Below the pieces are notes generated by a model that was given only the letters and a program-made list of their open reading frames with translations, did not search any database and was not told the origin of the DNA. The translations under genes were made by a program, and so were the position numbers. From Candidatus Hydrogenedentota bacterium (lineage in GTDB: Bacteria; Hydrogenedentota; Hydrogenedentia; Hydrogenedentales; SLHB01): DNA of 64,000 bases. Of the stretch, positions 1-9,390 are shown in pieces (position 1 is the stretch's first letter; each line of letters starts with the position of its first letter). The stretch spans positions 40,329 through 104,328 of the forward strand of contig JABWCD010000015.1 in assembly GCA_013359265.1 (NCBI GenBank), in the 5' to 3' direction.

Positions 1-3000
1 AGTGAAGCCTGCCCACAGTCAGATTGACGAGCGCCTCGCCGGAAACGCCGGTTAGCAGGTCGCGCGCAACAATGCGGTAACGCGTTGCGGGATCGTTCAG
101 CGCGAACGGAACGTAGGCGTCGCCTTCGCCCTTCTCGCAGACGATTTCCTGACCGTAGTGCGGCAGGGGGACGAGGGTTTCCGTGGTCACGGCGAACACA
201 TCGATCCGGACCAGGTGGTCTCCGGGCGTGGCTTTTCCCGTGTCGAGCGCGATGTGCAGCGGCGCGCGCGCGCCGGCCTGTACCGATGGAGGTGCAGTTA
301 GCGTACACGAGACGATTTCGTAGGGAAGCGCGGAGTAGAGCGCCGCGCCGCCGCGCACGAGTTCGGCCTCGACTTTCGCGGGGCGCAGGACCTTCATGCC
401 GGCGCGCAGGTCGTATACATGCGCAGACCGGTCGAATTTCAGCTTGACCTTCTGCAACTCGTCTGTGGTGTCGCGATTCGCGAGCAGGGCGACCAGGGCT
501 GCGTTCCCATACGCCGCGGCGAAGCGTTCTCCCTGGAATACTCTGCCCCTGCGCGACTCGAATTCGACTGTGCGCGTCGCGCCCGCGGACCGCAGCACTT
601 CGTCGAGCATGCCGCGCGCCCGGTCGAGCGCCGGAGCGTTGACGGAATGATTTATCAGGAGCGAAAGCGGCTGCTCCGAGCGCAATAACCACACGGGTGT
701 TGTATTCGCCAGCCCGCCGGTCTGCGCGCCGGCGGGTTCGACGCCTTCGTCCGCGCGGACATCCGCGAAGTCGCCGCTGACTTTGTGGCCGTCGATTTTC
801 AGCTCGGCCAAGGCGTTCGCGGGCGGGGCGGCGCGGGATGCGTTGGCATAGCGAATGCCAAACGTATCCGCCAGCGGCGGAGATTCGCGCGGCACACCGT
901 GTTCGTTGAACGCACCGGGCGCAATGTCCGCAATGACGCACCCTCCCGCCGCCGCGAACGATCGGATAGCCGCTACCTCCGCGTCGCTCAATGCGCGCGC
1001 CATAGGCAGAATTAACACTCGGTATCCGGCGAAGCCCGCTTTTTCGACGCGGTGCGCCGGCACGAAATCGTACGCGTAACCGAGTGCGCTCAGGGCCGAG
1101 GCAAACGCGCCTTCGGTCTCGGCGGAACTCACGCCGAACTGGTTGTCCACCTCGTTCAACCACGCGCTCGTCCGGCTGGTGTATATCGCGATATCCGCCT
1201 TCGACGGCGCGGACTTGAGCCAGAGGCGGGCGAGGCCGCCTTGGAGCGCCGTGGACTCGCCGAAAAACTCCGGCGCGAACGGCGCGACATCTCCGAACGG
1301 ATCGACAGCGGCCATCGCGGGGACGGCGGCAGTACTCGCGGTCACGTCGGGCCACCATATGCTGTGCGCGCGGTGCAGCAACGCGTACCACGGTAACCAT
1401 CGCAGTGTTTCCGGTGAGAGGTCCGCGGGCAACTGAATCCCGCCGATTCCGGATGCAGGCCGCGACGCGCGTGCAATCTCGATGGCGCGCAAGCCGGCTG
1501 GTGTCGCAAGCATATCGAGTTGCGACGCGAGCGCGCTCCAGTCGTATCCGGAGTAGAGTTCGTCGGCCGCCCGTGCCACGAGCCCCGTGCGCGAGCGCAT
1601 ATCCGCCATGCGTACGGCCCCGCGGGCCGAAACGTGAGTGCGCGCAAAACTCGCGTCCATAAACAGTCGAAAATCGATCCACGGAGCGTAGCGCTTGTTG
1701 TCGCGCGCCTGCTGCGCCGTAGCCGGCGCCGCGGCGGCGAACGATTCGTGCGATGTGCCCCATGCCCGGTTCAGCGCATCCAGGCCGGCATAGGTCTTGT
1801 TGAGGTATTCGGCGAATCCAGCCAGACAGTGGGTACACCTGCACAGGTCCTCCCGCGCCGCGCTCAGGCAATTGCCTTCGCCGAGCGACACGGCGGCCGT
1901 AGGGTAGTCGCGCACGAGTTGTGCCATGCCTTTGAGATAGGTCTGCTCCGATGCGATGAACTCGGGATTGTTGATACACGGCGCGCGGACTTCGGCGGGG
2001 GGCGAGTGATACGGCAGATATGACGTGATCTGCGGCACGACGCGCAGCCCCAGCGACGTCATGACACGCAGCGACTCCTCCGTCGCGGGAAACGAAACGG
2101 CCCCGAAACCCTGCGCCGCGAGGCTGCGGATATTTGCGCGCGCATTGAACTCGACGCCGCCGGACACGTCCGCGACCACATCGAACCGGTCCGTGGGATT
2201 TGGACCACGGACGGGCAGGTGTTTGTACGCGTAGGCGCAGTTACGCGCGTCCCACTCGGACATGACGACCGCATCCCGATCGGAGACAAAAACCTCCACT
2301 TTGACCATGTCGCCGATGAGGTCGGCGAAGCCGAGTCCGAGTTGCACCAATGCCGTTTCCGGCGGGATCGGCTGGTGGCGTTCGGCCACGATCCGCCCAA
2401 GGGGGTCAGTCGCGCGGGCCATCGCGAGGCACGGACGTTGCCGCGCGGGCATGGTGAACGTAATCCCGATACTGTCTTGCGGAAGGACGAAGGACTTGCT
2501 CAATGCGAGGTCAGCAATGCTCGGCCACGAATCGATCGTGACCACTTCGGAGTACCATTCGGCGACCTTGTCGCCATCAAGAAGCCAAATGTCGAGCCAG
2601 TATTCGCCTGCGCCCGCGACGACGACGAAATCGTGGGTTTGCGATCCCTTGCGAAGCGCATCGCGCTTTGGCGTAATCGTAATAGGCGGTTGGTTACGCC
2701 CGCGTTGGCGGACGCCGGCGCGCACGACATACGTTTTGTCCGCGGGCGCGGCGAGTTGAAGCTGGAACGGATGGAGGATTGTGGCTCCGGTGGGAAGGTT
2801 TGCGTCGACCATTTCCTCGAGACCCGGCGGGATTTGGATTTCCTCGGGGCCGGGCGCGGGCTTTGCGCTGACGCCGGCAATGGCTACCGGCACGTCGCGC
2901 CCACCCGCCCAACGTACAGCACGCGCCGCGAGCGAAAGGTAGGTGTCGAAATCCTCCTGTTCGGCGAGAAGCGGGTTCGCGAGCGCGGGAATGAGACAAT

Positions 3001-3706
3001 GGGCGAGCGGCCATTCGCCCTGATAGTCGATTTCAACGACGCGGCCTTGGCCTATCCTGCCGCATTGAACAAAGCCGAGCCCGGAGGTCCATTCCGCCGT
3101 CCGCTCCGCGCCGAGTCCGGTGGTCACGATCGCGCCCGATTCGTCCGGCGCGAACTCGTCGAGAAACGCTTTTAGTGAGTCCGGCAGGGTATGCCGGTGA
3201 TGGGCGAGCACAAGGCCAGTGCCGCCGCGGACTCTGTCGGCCAAGACCTGGAACACTTCCGGGGGCAATACGCTGAAATCGAAGTTGGCCGCGACAATGG
3301 CATCGAGCTTTCTGTCGAGTTTGTCGAGTAGATCGTGGACCACTTCATCGTGCGACGTACCTGGAATTTTGCGCGGGTACGCGTCTGGGCGGCCGAGGTG
3401 TGTGGCGTCCCACAGCGGGACAACCTCGGCGCGCATCTCGAGGCGGTGGGCCAGCTCCGCGGCGTCGCGCAACGCAAACCGCGGCGCGATGAACAGCACG
3501 CGCAACGGGCCTCCGTCCAACGGCACACCCCACTGCACGCCACCCTCGAGCGGCGGAATGACGATAGGCGCGAAGGCCGCGTCGCGTGAGTCGAGTTTTG
3601 GGGACGAATCTCCGAAGGGAAACGCAAGCGCGGCGTACGACGCAAGGAGCGCCGTGGAGTATACGATAGCGGCGCTCAACCGGCGAACCCGCAAGTTCGA
3701 GATCAC
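1..3706 (-). CDS. Large secreted glycoside-hydrolase family protein with a GH42-like (beta-galactosidase-like) core. The gene runs off the window at position 1 (3' end outside). The start is uncertain: GTG 3706, TTG 3694 or ATG 3781.
   Basis: Reverse-strand frame (end coordinate mod 3 = 1) reads through without stops from ~3781 to position 1. This explains why no long ORF is listed (no in-window stop). The N-terminus MISNLRVRRLSAAIVYSTALLASYAALA|FP is signal-peptide-like. The internal Cys cluster EGNCLSAAREDLCRCTHCLAGFAEYLNKTYAGLDALNRAWGT resembles the GH42 Zn-site plus the 'LNxAWGT' motif. All other listed ORFs in 1..3700 are short and Arg-rich (antisense artefacts). Confidence 0.6.
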   Translation of the reverse strand, partial: MISNLRVRRLSAAIVYSTALLASYAALAFPFGDSSPKLDSRDAAFAPIVIPPLEGGVQWGVPLDGGPLRVLFIAPRFALRDAAELAHRLEMRAEVVPLWDATHLGRPDAYPRKIPGTSHDEVVHDLLDKLDRKLDAIVAANFDFSVLPPEVFQVLADRVRGGTGLVLAHHRHTLPDSLKAFLDEFAPDESGAIVTTGLGAERTAEWTSGLGFVQCGRIGQGRVVEIDYQGEWPLAHCLIPALANPLLAEQEDFDTYLSLAARAVRWAGGRDVPVAIAGVSAKPAPGPEEIQIPPGLEEMVDANLPTGATILHPFQLQLAAPADKTYVVRAGVRQRGRNQPPITITPKRDALRKGSQTHDFVVVAGAGEYWLDIWLLDGDKVAEWYSEVVTIDSWPSIADLALSKSFVLPQDSIGITFTMPARQRPCLAMARATDPLGRIVAERHQPIPPETALVQLGLGFADLIGDMVKVEVFVSDRDAVVMSEWDARNCAYAYKHLPVRGPNPTDRFDVVADVSGGVEFNARANIRSLAAQGFGAVSFPATEESLRVMTSLGLRVVPQITSYLPYHSPPAEVRAPCINNPEFIASEQTYLKGMAQLVRDYPTAAVSLGEGNCLSAAREDLCRCTHCLAGFAEYLNKTYAGLDALNRAWGTSHESFAAAAPATAQQARDNKRYAPWIDFRLFMDASFARTHVSARGAVRMADMRSRTGLVARAADELYSGYDWSALASQLDMLATPAGLRAIEIARASRPASGIGGIQLPADLSPETLRWLPWYALLHRAHSIWWPDVTASTAAVPAMAAVDPFGDVAPFAPEFFGESTALQGGLARLWLKSAPSKADIAIYTSRTSAWLNEVDNQFGVSSAETEGAFASALSALGYAYDFVPAHRVEKAGFAGYRVLILPMARALSDAEVAAIRSFAAAGGCVIADIAPGAFNEHGVPRESPPLADTFGIRYANASRAAPPANALAELKIDGHKVSGDFADVRADEGVEPAGAQTGGLANTTPVWLLRSEQPLSLLINHSVNAPALDRARGMLDEVLRSAGATRTVEFESRRGRVFQGERFAAAYGNAALVALLANRDTTDELQKVKLKFDRSAHVYDLRAGMKVLRPAKVEAELVRGGAALYSALPYEIVSCTLTAPPSVQAGARAPLHIALDTGKATPGDHLVRIDVFAVTTETLVPLPHYGQEIVCEKGEGDAYVPFALNDPATRYRIVARDLLTGVSGEALVNLTVGRLH

Positions 3707-4031
3707 ACATTGAATAGCATTACTGCCATACCACGCGCGACGGCATACCACGCTCGACAGCGAGGCGGCGAATTCTCGCATGGCGCCTTGAAGTACAGCG
3801 AGACAATGCCGCTGTGGATCGTTCACGATTACTTTACTTGGCATATCGACGCGAGCGCCCGGCAGTTCGGTAAGGGTTGTACAGTTCGGGCATCCCGGTT
3901 CTCAGTTGACATGTGTTTATCATAGCGAAACCGGGAGTTAGGTGCTATGGCGCGGCGCATGTGATAGAGTATGCGCGCGCCCGGCAGTTGCAACGGGCGG
4001 TTTGGGCGCAGGGGGGCGGTGAGGTGGCAGC

Positions 4032-4493
4032 ATGCCGGACGACATGATCATGAGCCGTGACAGCCGGTCGCTGCGGCGGGGCAACCGCCGGGCGCCGCGC
4101 ACGGAGACGTGCCGGCCGTGCCTGGTGTGGCCCAAGGAAGTGCCGGGCTTGATCAACCAGGGCGTGATCATCAACATTAACCCGTTCGGGATGTGCATTC
4201 GGATGCTGGATTCGCTGGCGCCGGGCACGATGGTGCTGGTCCAGTTGATGCGGGACGAGGAGTTTCGCGTGCCGCTGTCGTCGCCGGTCGAGGGCACGGT
4301 GGTCCGGAACGCGGACGTGCCGGACGGGTTTATGGATCACGGAGTCGAAATCCTGCAGCGGGCGTTCGAGCAAAAGGAAACGAAAGTGCGCTACGCGGAC
4401 CAGCGCGCACGCGCGACGCAGCGCAGTCCGGTGCGAATGCACACCATCGATTTTCGCGTGGGGGACCGGGGCACAAGACGAACGGAGAGATAG
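4032..4493 (+). CDS. PilZ-domain protein (putative c-di-GMP binding)
   Basis: RRGNRR (RxxxR-like) followed ~25 aa later by NINPFG (D/NxSxxG-like), then beta-rich region. A GAGGTGG Shine-Dalgarno precedes the ATG. The stop is 1 nt before the next start. Confidence 0.5.
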   Translation: MPDDMIMSRDSRSLRRGNRRAPRTETCRPCLVWPKEVPGLINQGVIININPFGMCIRMLDSLAPGTMVLVQLMRDEEFRVPLSSPVEGTVVRNADVPDGFMDHGVEILQRAFEQKETKVRYADQRARATQRSPVRMHTIDFRVGDRGTRRTER

Positions 4494-4494
4494 C

Positions 4495-4872
4495 GTGAAA
4501 TCGCCTAAAATCCTAGTGGTGGACGACGAGCCGGATGTGGTGATGTTTATCGCGCGGACCCTGAACAGCGAAGGGTTTGACGTGATGAGCGCGTACGACG
4601 GAATCAGCGCGCTGGATCTTGCGGAGAACGAGACGCCGGACCTTATCGTCCTGGACATCATGATGCCGATGATGAGCGGGTACGAGGTGTGCGAACAGTT
4701 GAAGGCGAACCCGCAGACGCAGCACATTCCGATATTGTGCGTGTCGTCGGCGCACAATCCGAATGCGCGCGATCGCTCGCTCGAAGCCGGCGCGGCGACC
4801 CTGCTCCTTAAACCGTTCTCGCCGGCGGAGCTTGTCGCGCAGATCAAGCGGCACCTGCCTCAGCCGGTGTAG
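4495..4872 (+). CDS. Single-domain response regulator (CheY-like receiver)
   Basis: ILVVDDEPDV...DLIVLDIMMPMMSG...LLLKPF: the receiver fold with conserved Asp and Lys positions. Confidence 0.85.
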   Translation: MKSPKILVVDDEPDVVMFIARTLNSEGFDVMSAYDGISALDLAENETPDLIVLDIMMPMMSGYEVCEQLKANPQTQHIPILCVSSAHNPNARDRSLEAGAATLLLKPFSPAELVAQIKRHLPQPV

Positions 4873-4913
4873 CCGGCCCGTTCTTCGCGCAGCGCCCGCT
4901 CCGGACAAACCGA

Positions 4914-5471
4914 ATGACTCTCGCAAACCGCATTACCGTTGGGCGCCTCGTTTTGGTGCCCGTGTTTGTCGTGTTGATCATGTCCTACACACGGGATCAA
5001 CAGTGGCTTCGTTACGCCGCGCTGGGTGTGTTCGTGGCGGCGTCGATCTCCGACGGCATCGACGGGTTCATCGCGCGCGCGTACAACCAGAAGACGAAGT
5101 TGGGCGCGGTGCTCGATCCGCTCGCGGACAAGCTGCTGATCAATCTTGCGCTCGTATTCCTGGCCGTGAACGAGGAACTGCGCACACCGGTGCCCGCATG
5201 GTTTCCGGTGATCATACTCGGGCGCGACGTGATCATCGTGATTGGCGCATACTTGATCAACGAGTATTTCGGGCCGGTGCGGGCGCGGCCGCAAATCAGC
5301 GGCAAGCTGACGACGGCGTTTCAGATGGCGCTCATTATCGCGGTGCTGCTCGAATTGCCGCCGCGCGTTGTGTTCGGGATTCTGTATTTCACGTTGGCGG
5401 TCGCGATCGTTTCGTTTGCCGATTACCTCCGCGCGGGGATCAAACAAGTCGGAAATGAGGACCAAGCCTGA
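4914..5471 (+). CDS. pgsA: CDP-diacylglycerol--glycerol-3-phosphate 3-phosphatidyltransferase (CDP-alcohol phosphatidyltransferase family)
   Basis: DGIDGFIAR...G...DPLADK motif (D-G-x2-A-R...G-x3-D-x3-D). Multiple TM helices. The stop overlaps the der start by 1 nt. Confidence 0.85.
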   Translation: MTLANRITVGRLVLVPVFVVLIMSYTRDQQWLRYAALGVFVAASISDGIDGFIARAYNQKTKLGAVLDPLADKLLINLALVFLAVNEELRTPVPAWFPVIILGRDVIIVIGAYLINEYFGPVRARPQISGKLTTAFQMALIIAVLLELPPRVVFGILYFTLAVAIVSFADYLRAGIKQVGNEDQA

Positions 5472-6823
5472 TGGCGCGCAAAGCGAAACTGCCGTTGGTC
5501 GCGATCTGCGGCCGGCCCAACGTGGGCAAGTCGACGCTGTTCAACCGCATTGTGGGACGCCACAGCGCGATCGTTCACGACGAGGCGGGAGTGACGCGCG
5601 ACCGCGCGTACGGCGTCGCGGAGTGGGATGGTCGAAAGTTTCGGGTGGTGGACACGGGCGGGATCGTCGAGGACCCGACCGACCCCGTGACGCACAAGAT
5701 GCAGGAACAGGTGAAGGCGGCGCTGGACGAGGCCAGCATCATCGTTTTTGTCATCGACGGGCAGCACGTGTTGACGAAGGGCGACTTCGACATTCGCGAC
5801 AACCTGTTCAAGCACAGCAAGCCGATCATCGTCGCGGCGAACAAACTCGATAACGCAAGACTTCGCGAGAACCGCACGGAGTTTTACGAGTTGGGGTTGG
5901 GCGATCCGATTGCCGTGTCGTCGGGGCACGGGCTTGGTATCGAGGATCTGGTGGATGCGATCGCCGCTCACCTGCCGGAGAAGGTCGAGCACGTCGAGGA
6001 GATCGAGGAGCGGCAGGTGACGCGCGTGGCCATTCTCGGCAAGCCGAACGTCGGCAAGTCGTCGTACGTAAACGCGATTCTCAATGAGGAGCGGAGCATT
6101 GTCGACGATACCCCCGGCACTACGCGGGACGCGATCGACATCGATTTCAGGTGGAAGGGCAAAGACTATCTTCTTATCGATACCGCGGGCCTGCGAAAAA
6201 AGGCGGGTATCCGGAAGGAAGTCGAGCGGTTCAGCGTGGCGCGATCCTTGCGCGCCGTGCGCCGCGCGGACGTGTGCCTCGTGCTGATGAACGCCGACGA
6301 GGGCATCACCGAACAGGACAAACGCATCGTCAGCTACATCGTCGAGCAGGGCCGGGCGATGATTCTCGTGTGGACGAAATGGGACCTGGTCCAAGACAAG
6401 GAACGGCGCTTCAAGGACCTTGCCGACGAGATTGAATTCAAAGCGCCGTTCCTGAAACACGTGCCGAGCGTGACAATCTCGAACGTGACGCGGCAGCGCG
6501 TTTTTACCGTCTTCGAGTACATCGATCGCGTGGCGGCGGAGGCGGAGAAACGAATCCCTACGCACGAACTGAACAAGTTCGTCGAGGTCCTCCGCGCGAA
6601 CCAGGCGCCCGCGCTGCATCATGGCAAGATCGCGCGCATCAAGTACGCGACGCAGGTCAGCGTGAAACCGACGACGTTTGTGCTGTTCGTAAACAAGAAG
6701 GGGTTCTTCCACTTCAGTTACCTGCGCCACATCGAGAACCAGTTGCGCGAGAAGTACGGGTTCGACGGTGTGCCGGTCGTGCTCGAGCTGCGCGAGGGCG
6801 AGAAGCGGGAGGAGGAGGGGTGA
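5471..6823 (+). CDS. der: Ribosome-associated GTPase Der/EngA (tandem GTPase domains + KH-like C-terminus)
   Basis: Two P-loops GRPNVGKST and GKPNVGKSS, each with DTGG/DTAG G3 and NKxD G4 motifs. Confidence 0.95.
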   Translation: MARKAKLPLVAICGRPNVGKSTLFNRIVGRHSAIVHDEAGVTRDRAYGVAEWDGRKFRVVDTGGIVEDPTDPVTHKMQEQVKAALDEASIIVFVIDGQHVLTKGDFDIRDNLFKHSKPIIVAANKLDNARLRENRTEFYELGLGDPIAVSSGHGLGIEDLVDAIAAHLPEKVEHVEEIEERQVTRVAILGKPNVGKSSYVNAILNEERSIVDDTPGTTRDAIDIDFRWKGKDYLLIDTAGLRKKAGIRKEVERFSVARSLRAVRRADVCLVLMNADEGITEQDKRIVSYIVEQGRAMILVWTKWDLVQDKERRFKDLADEIEFKAPFLKHVPSVTISNVTRQRVFTVFEYIDRVAAEAEKRIPTHELNKFVEVLRANQAPALHHGKIARIKYATQVSVKPTTFVLFVNKKGFFHFSYLRHIENQLREKYGFDGVPVVLELREGEKREEEG

Positions 6824-6855
6824 TTTTGGATTTTGGACTTTGGATTTTGGATTGG
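6822..6855. repeat. Left arm of an imperfect long-range inverted repeat built from ATTTTGG-type heptads
   Basis: gattttggattttggactttggattttggattgg. Its reverse complement matches 6995..7026. Confidence 0.7.
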
Positions 6856-6994
6856 AAGTATGGCGGCGCGCAGTGGACGGCGACAGGTGCGCGCGATTCG
6901 CTCATGTGCGCGGAGCAAGAGCGAAACGACCCAAAGGACAAGAAGGACCTAAACAACGCCGGGCGGAGGGTCTGCGCCTACGAGGTTGGTCTTC

Positions 6995-7026
6995 AATCGA
7001 GAATCCAAAATCCAGAATCCAAATTC
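6995..7026. repeat. Right arm of the inverted heptad repeat (AATCCAAAATCCAGAATCCAAA)
   Basis: caatcgagaatccaaaatccagaatccaaatt. A shared 13-mer aatccaaaatcca is the reverse complement of the left arm. Confidence 0.7.
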
Positions 7027-7049
7027 GTTCAATTGTGGAAGACGGCGGC

Positions 7050-7685
7050 ATGTTAGCGACGGTACTCGCCATTGTTGCGTCGTATGTCCTCGGCTCGGTC
7101 CCCACGGGCCTTTGGCTGGGGTTGTGGCTGCGCAAGGTTGACATCCGCGAACACGGCAGTAAGAACATCGGCGCGACGAACACGATGCGCGTGTTGGGAA
7201 AGGGCCTTGGCGCGACCGCGCTGGCGGGCGACGCGCTAAAGGGCCTGATTCCGGTGTTGTTCGTCTCGCGGCTGAGCGACTGGCCGTACGCGGCGCTGGC
7301 GTGCGGTATCGCGGCGATTCTCGGCCACCTCGCGTCGGTCTTCCTGCGTTTCAAAGGCGGCAAGGGCGTCGCGACAAGTCTCGGCGTGTTCCTCGCGCTG
7401 TGTCCATTGCCGACGCTTGCCGCGGCTGTTACTTTTTTTGTTTTGGTATTTGCGACACGGATGGTCAGCGTGGGTTCGATCGGCGGGGCCATCGCTATGA
7501 CCGCAGGCGTGTATCTCATTCCGCACGATGTCGCTACCGCGCCGACGCACTTGATGCCGGGAGGTTGGGCGCTGCGCATCGTGGTGACGATCGTCGCGTT
7601 GCTGGTCATCGTGAAGCATCGCGCGAACATCGGCCGAATTATCCGCGGCGAGGAAAGCAAAGTTTTTTCAAAAGAATTGAAGTAG
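7050..7685 (+). CDS. plsY: Glycerol-3-phosphate acyltransferase PlsY
   Basis: GSKNIGATN motif and hydrophobic TM profile. The ORF track starts at 6768, but the Arg-rich upstream part overlaps the repeat element. The ATG at 7050 gives the canonical MLATVLAIV N-terminus. Confidence 0.85.
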   Translation: MLATVLAIVASYVLGSVPTGLWLGLWLRKVDIREHGSKNIGATNTMRVLGKGLGATALAGDALKGLIPVLFVSRLSDWPYAALACGIAAILGHLASVFLRFKGGKGVATSLGVFLALCPLPTLAAAVTFFVLVFATRMVSVGSIGGAIAMTAGVYLIPHDVATAPTHLMPGGWALRIVVTIVALLVIVKHRANIGRIIRGEESKVFSKELK

Positions 7686-7692
7686 CGTGGAT

Positions 7693-8139
7693 TTACACGC
7701 CGAATTGCCTGAGGTGGTGTTCGAAATGCACCACGTGCATACGCGCCCACCCATCGATTCCGATATCTCCGAAGAACGGGTGAGCGTGGGGTTTTATTTC
7801 TCCGGACTGCACGAGCTCCAAATACGTTTCGAGCACGGCGTGAAAGGTTTCGGTGTCAGCCGGGACCGGTTGGGGAACGGACAATTTCGATTCGACCTTC
7901 AGATTGCGCGGGACGGGCAGCCACCCACTCAAAGTGAGCGGACCAATTACGTTCCGCGTGAGCCAGTTTCCGGCGAACGGAAGCGCTTCGCCCTTTCCCA
8001 TCGAGTATCTCACCCAAAACGCGAGATGCCCGATCATCTGTTCGGGCGTCATGGTTCCCCAGACGGGTTTCGCGCCGGGCTTGATGCGGTTTAGGCGGGC
8101 GATGATGTCGTTAACGTAATCGTGATCGAAGGTGCGCAC
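7693..8139 (-). CDS. DinB/YfiT-like (DUF1569-type) four-helix-bundle protein
   Basis: C-terminal HVVHFEHHLRQ His-rich motif typical of the DinB_2 family. 148 aa. Confidence 0.45.
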   Translation of the reverse strand: MRTFDHDYVNDIIARLNRIKPGAKPVWGTMTPEQMIGHLAFWVRYSMGKGEALPFAGNWLTRNVIGPLTLSGWLPVPRNLKVESKLSVPQPVPADTETFHAVLETYLELVQSGEIKPHAHPFFGDIGIDGWARMHVVHFEHHLRQFGV

Positions 8140-8178
8140 GGTAATGATTGTACTTGCGGCGAATCGCGACTTGCGCGC

Positions 8179-9390
8179 TTACTCGTAGCGTAAGGCCTCG
8201 ACGGGGTCAACACTCGCCGCCTTGAGCGCGGGGTACGCGCCGAAAAAGATGCCAACCGTCGCGCTGAACGCAAACGCGACGACAATGGACCACATGGACG
8301 CCTCGATCGGAAACGACGGATAGAACTGCCGCATCACCCAGGTGCCCGCGTAGGCGAGCAGGATTCCGGCAACGCCGCCGATGCAGCTCAACGTAATCGC
8401 CTCGATGGCGAATTGCATGCCGATGTCGCGGCGGGTCGCGCCGACGGACTTGCGGATGCCGACCTCGCGCGTGCGCTCACGCACCGACACCAGCATGATG
8501 TTCATGATGCCGATACCGCCGACGAGCAGCGAAATTGACGCGATGCCCGAGAGCATGACCTTGAGTGCAACGAATATCTTGTCGAGCGTCGCAAGCATGG
8601 ACGTTTGGTCGAGAATGGTGAAATCCTCGGTGTAGTCGTGCGCGGCGATGAGAATCTTTTTCATGGAATCCGTCGCGACCTTCGTCTCATCCGGACTGTT
8701 TGCCTGGACGACGATTTGGTAGAGCTCGTCTTCGCCGCCGTAGAACATCTGTTGCCCGCTGAGCAGGGGCACGAGCGCGATATCGTCCGCGTCGATCCCC
8801 AGTGTGACGCCCTTGCGCTGCATCACGCCCACGACGAGATGTTTGCTCCGGTTGATGGATACGCGCTCGCCCAGCGGGTTGGTGCTGCCGAACAACTCGT
8901 CGCGCAGCCCCGCGCCGAGCACACAGACTTTGTTGTTCTTCTCGATGTCGTTTTCGTTGAGGAAGCGCCCGATATCGACGTGGACGTCGCGGATGCGTTC
9001 GAGGGCGGGGGTCACCGCGAGGATCATTGTGTCGCGTTCGCGGTCGCGGTATTTCACCGAGCCCGCGCCGAGCACTTCGGGCGACACCTCTTTGATGCCG
9101 ACTGCGTTGCGCTGAATCTCCTTCGAGTTCTCGTACGTGAGCTTGCGGAAGCTGCCGGCGATGATCGGCATCATGCCGGAGGTTTCCTGTTTGCCGGGCG
9201 TGATGATAAGCAGGTTGGTGCCCATGTCCGCGAATTCTTTTGCGACATAGGCCTGCGCGCCCTCACCAAGCGCGACGAGCAAAATGACGGCAAGCACGCC
9301 GATCGTAACGCCGATCATCGTCAGGAACGAGCGGACCCCGTTCTGCGCCACCGAATCGAGGGCAACGCGCATGTATTCAAGCCAAGACAT
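8179..9390 (-). CDS. ABC transporter permease, FtsX/MacB/LolCE family
   Basis: N-terminal TM, a large periplasmic domain, then 3 C-terminal TMs with the conserved [30 protein letters not shown]-like segment. No ATPase gene is adjacent. Confidence 0.85.
   Translation of the reverse strand: [403 protein letters not shown]

Noticed and set aside
2219-3175. 318-aa + strand ORF (and other 60-170 aa ORFs in 1..3700)
   Set aside because: Arg-rich, fragmentary. The region is explained by a single long minus-strand gene that the ORF track cannot display because it runs off the window edge.
3945-4847. 300-aa minus-strand ORF overlapping the PilZ-like and CheY-like genes
   Set aside because: Cys/Arg/His-biased composition and antisense to a convincing receiver-domain gene.
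5423-6730. 435-aa minus-strand ORF antisense to der
   Set aside because: Arg/His-rich, no motifs, and entirely overlaps the strongly supported der GTPase gene on the + strand. Typical high-GC antisense artefact.
6822-7030. Possible CRISPR-like repeat array
   Set aside because: The repeats are 7-nt microsatellite-like heptads in two inverted blocks, not 25-40 nt direct repeats separated by unique spacers. No cas genes nearby.
6768-7049. Upstream extension of plsY and ORF 6820..7056
   Set aside because: The extension is Arg-rich and runs through the heptad-repeat element. The canonical PlsY N-terminus begins at ATG 7050.
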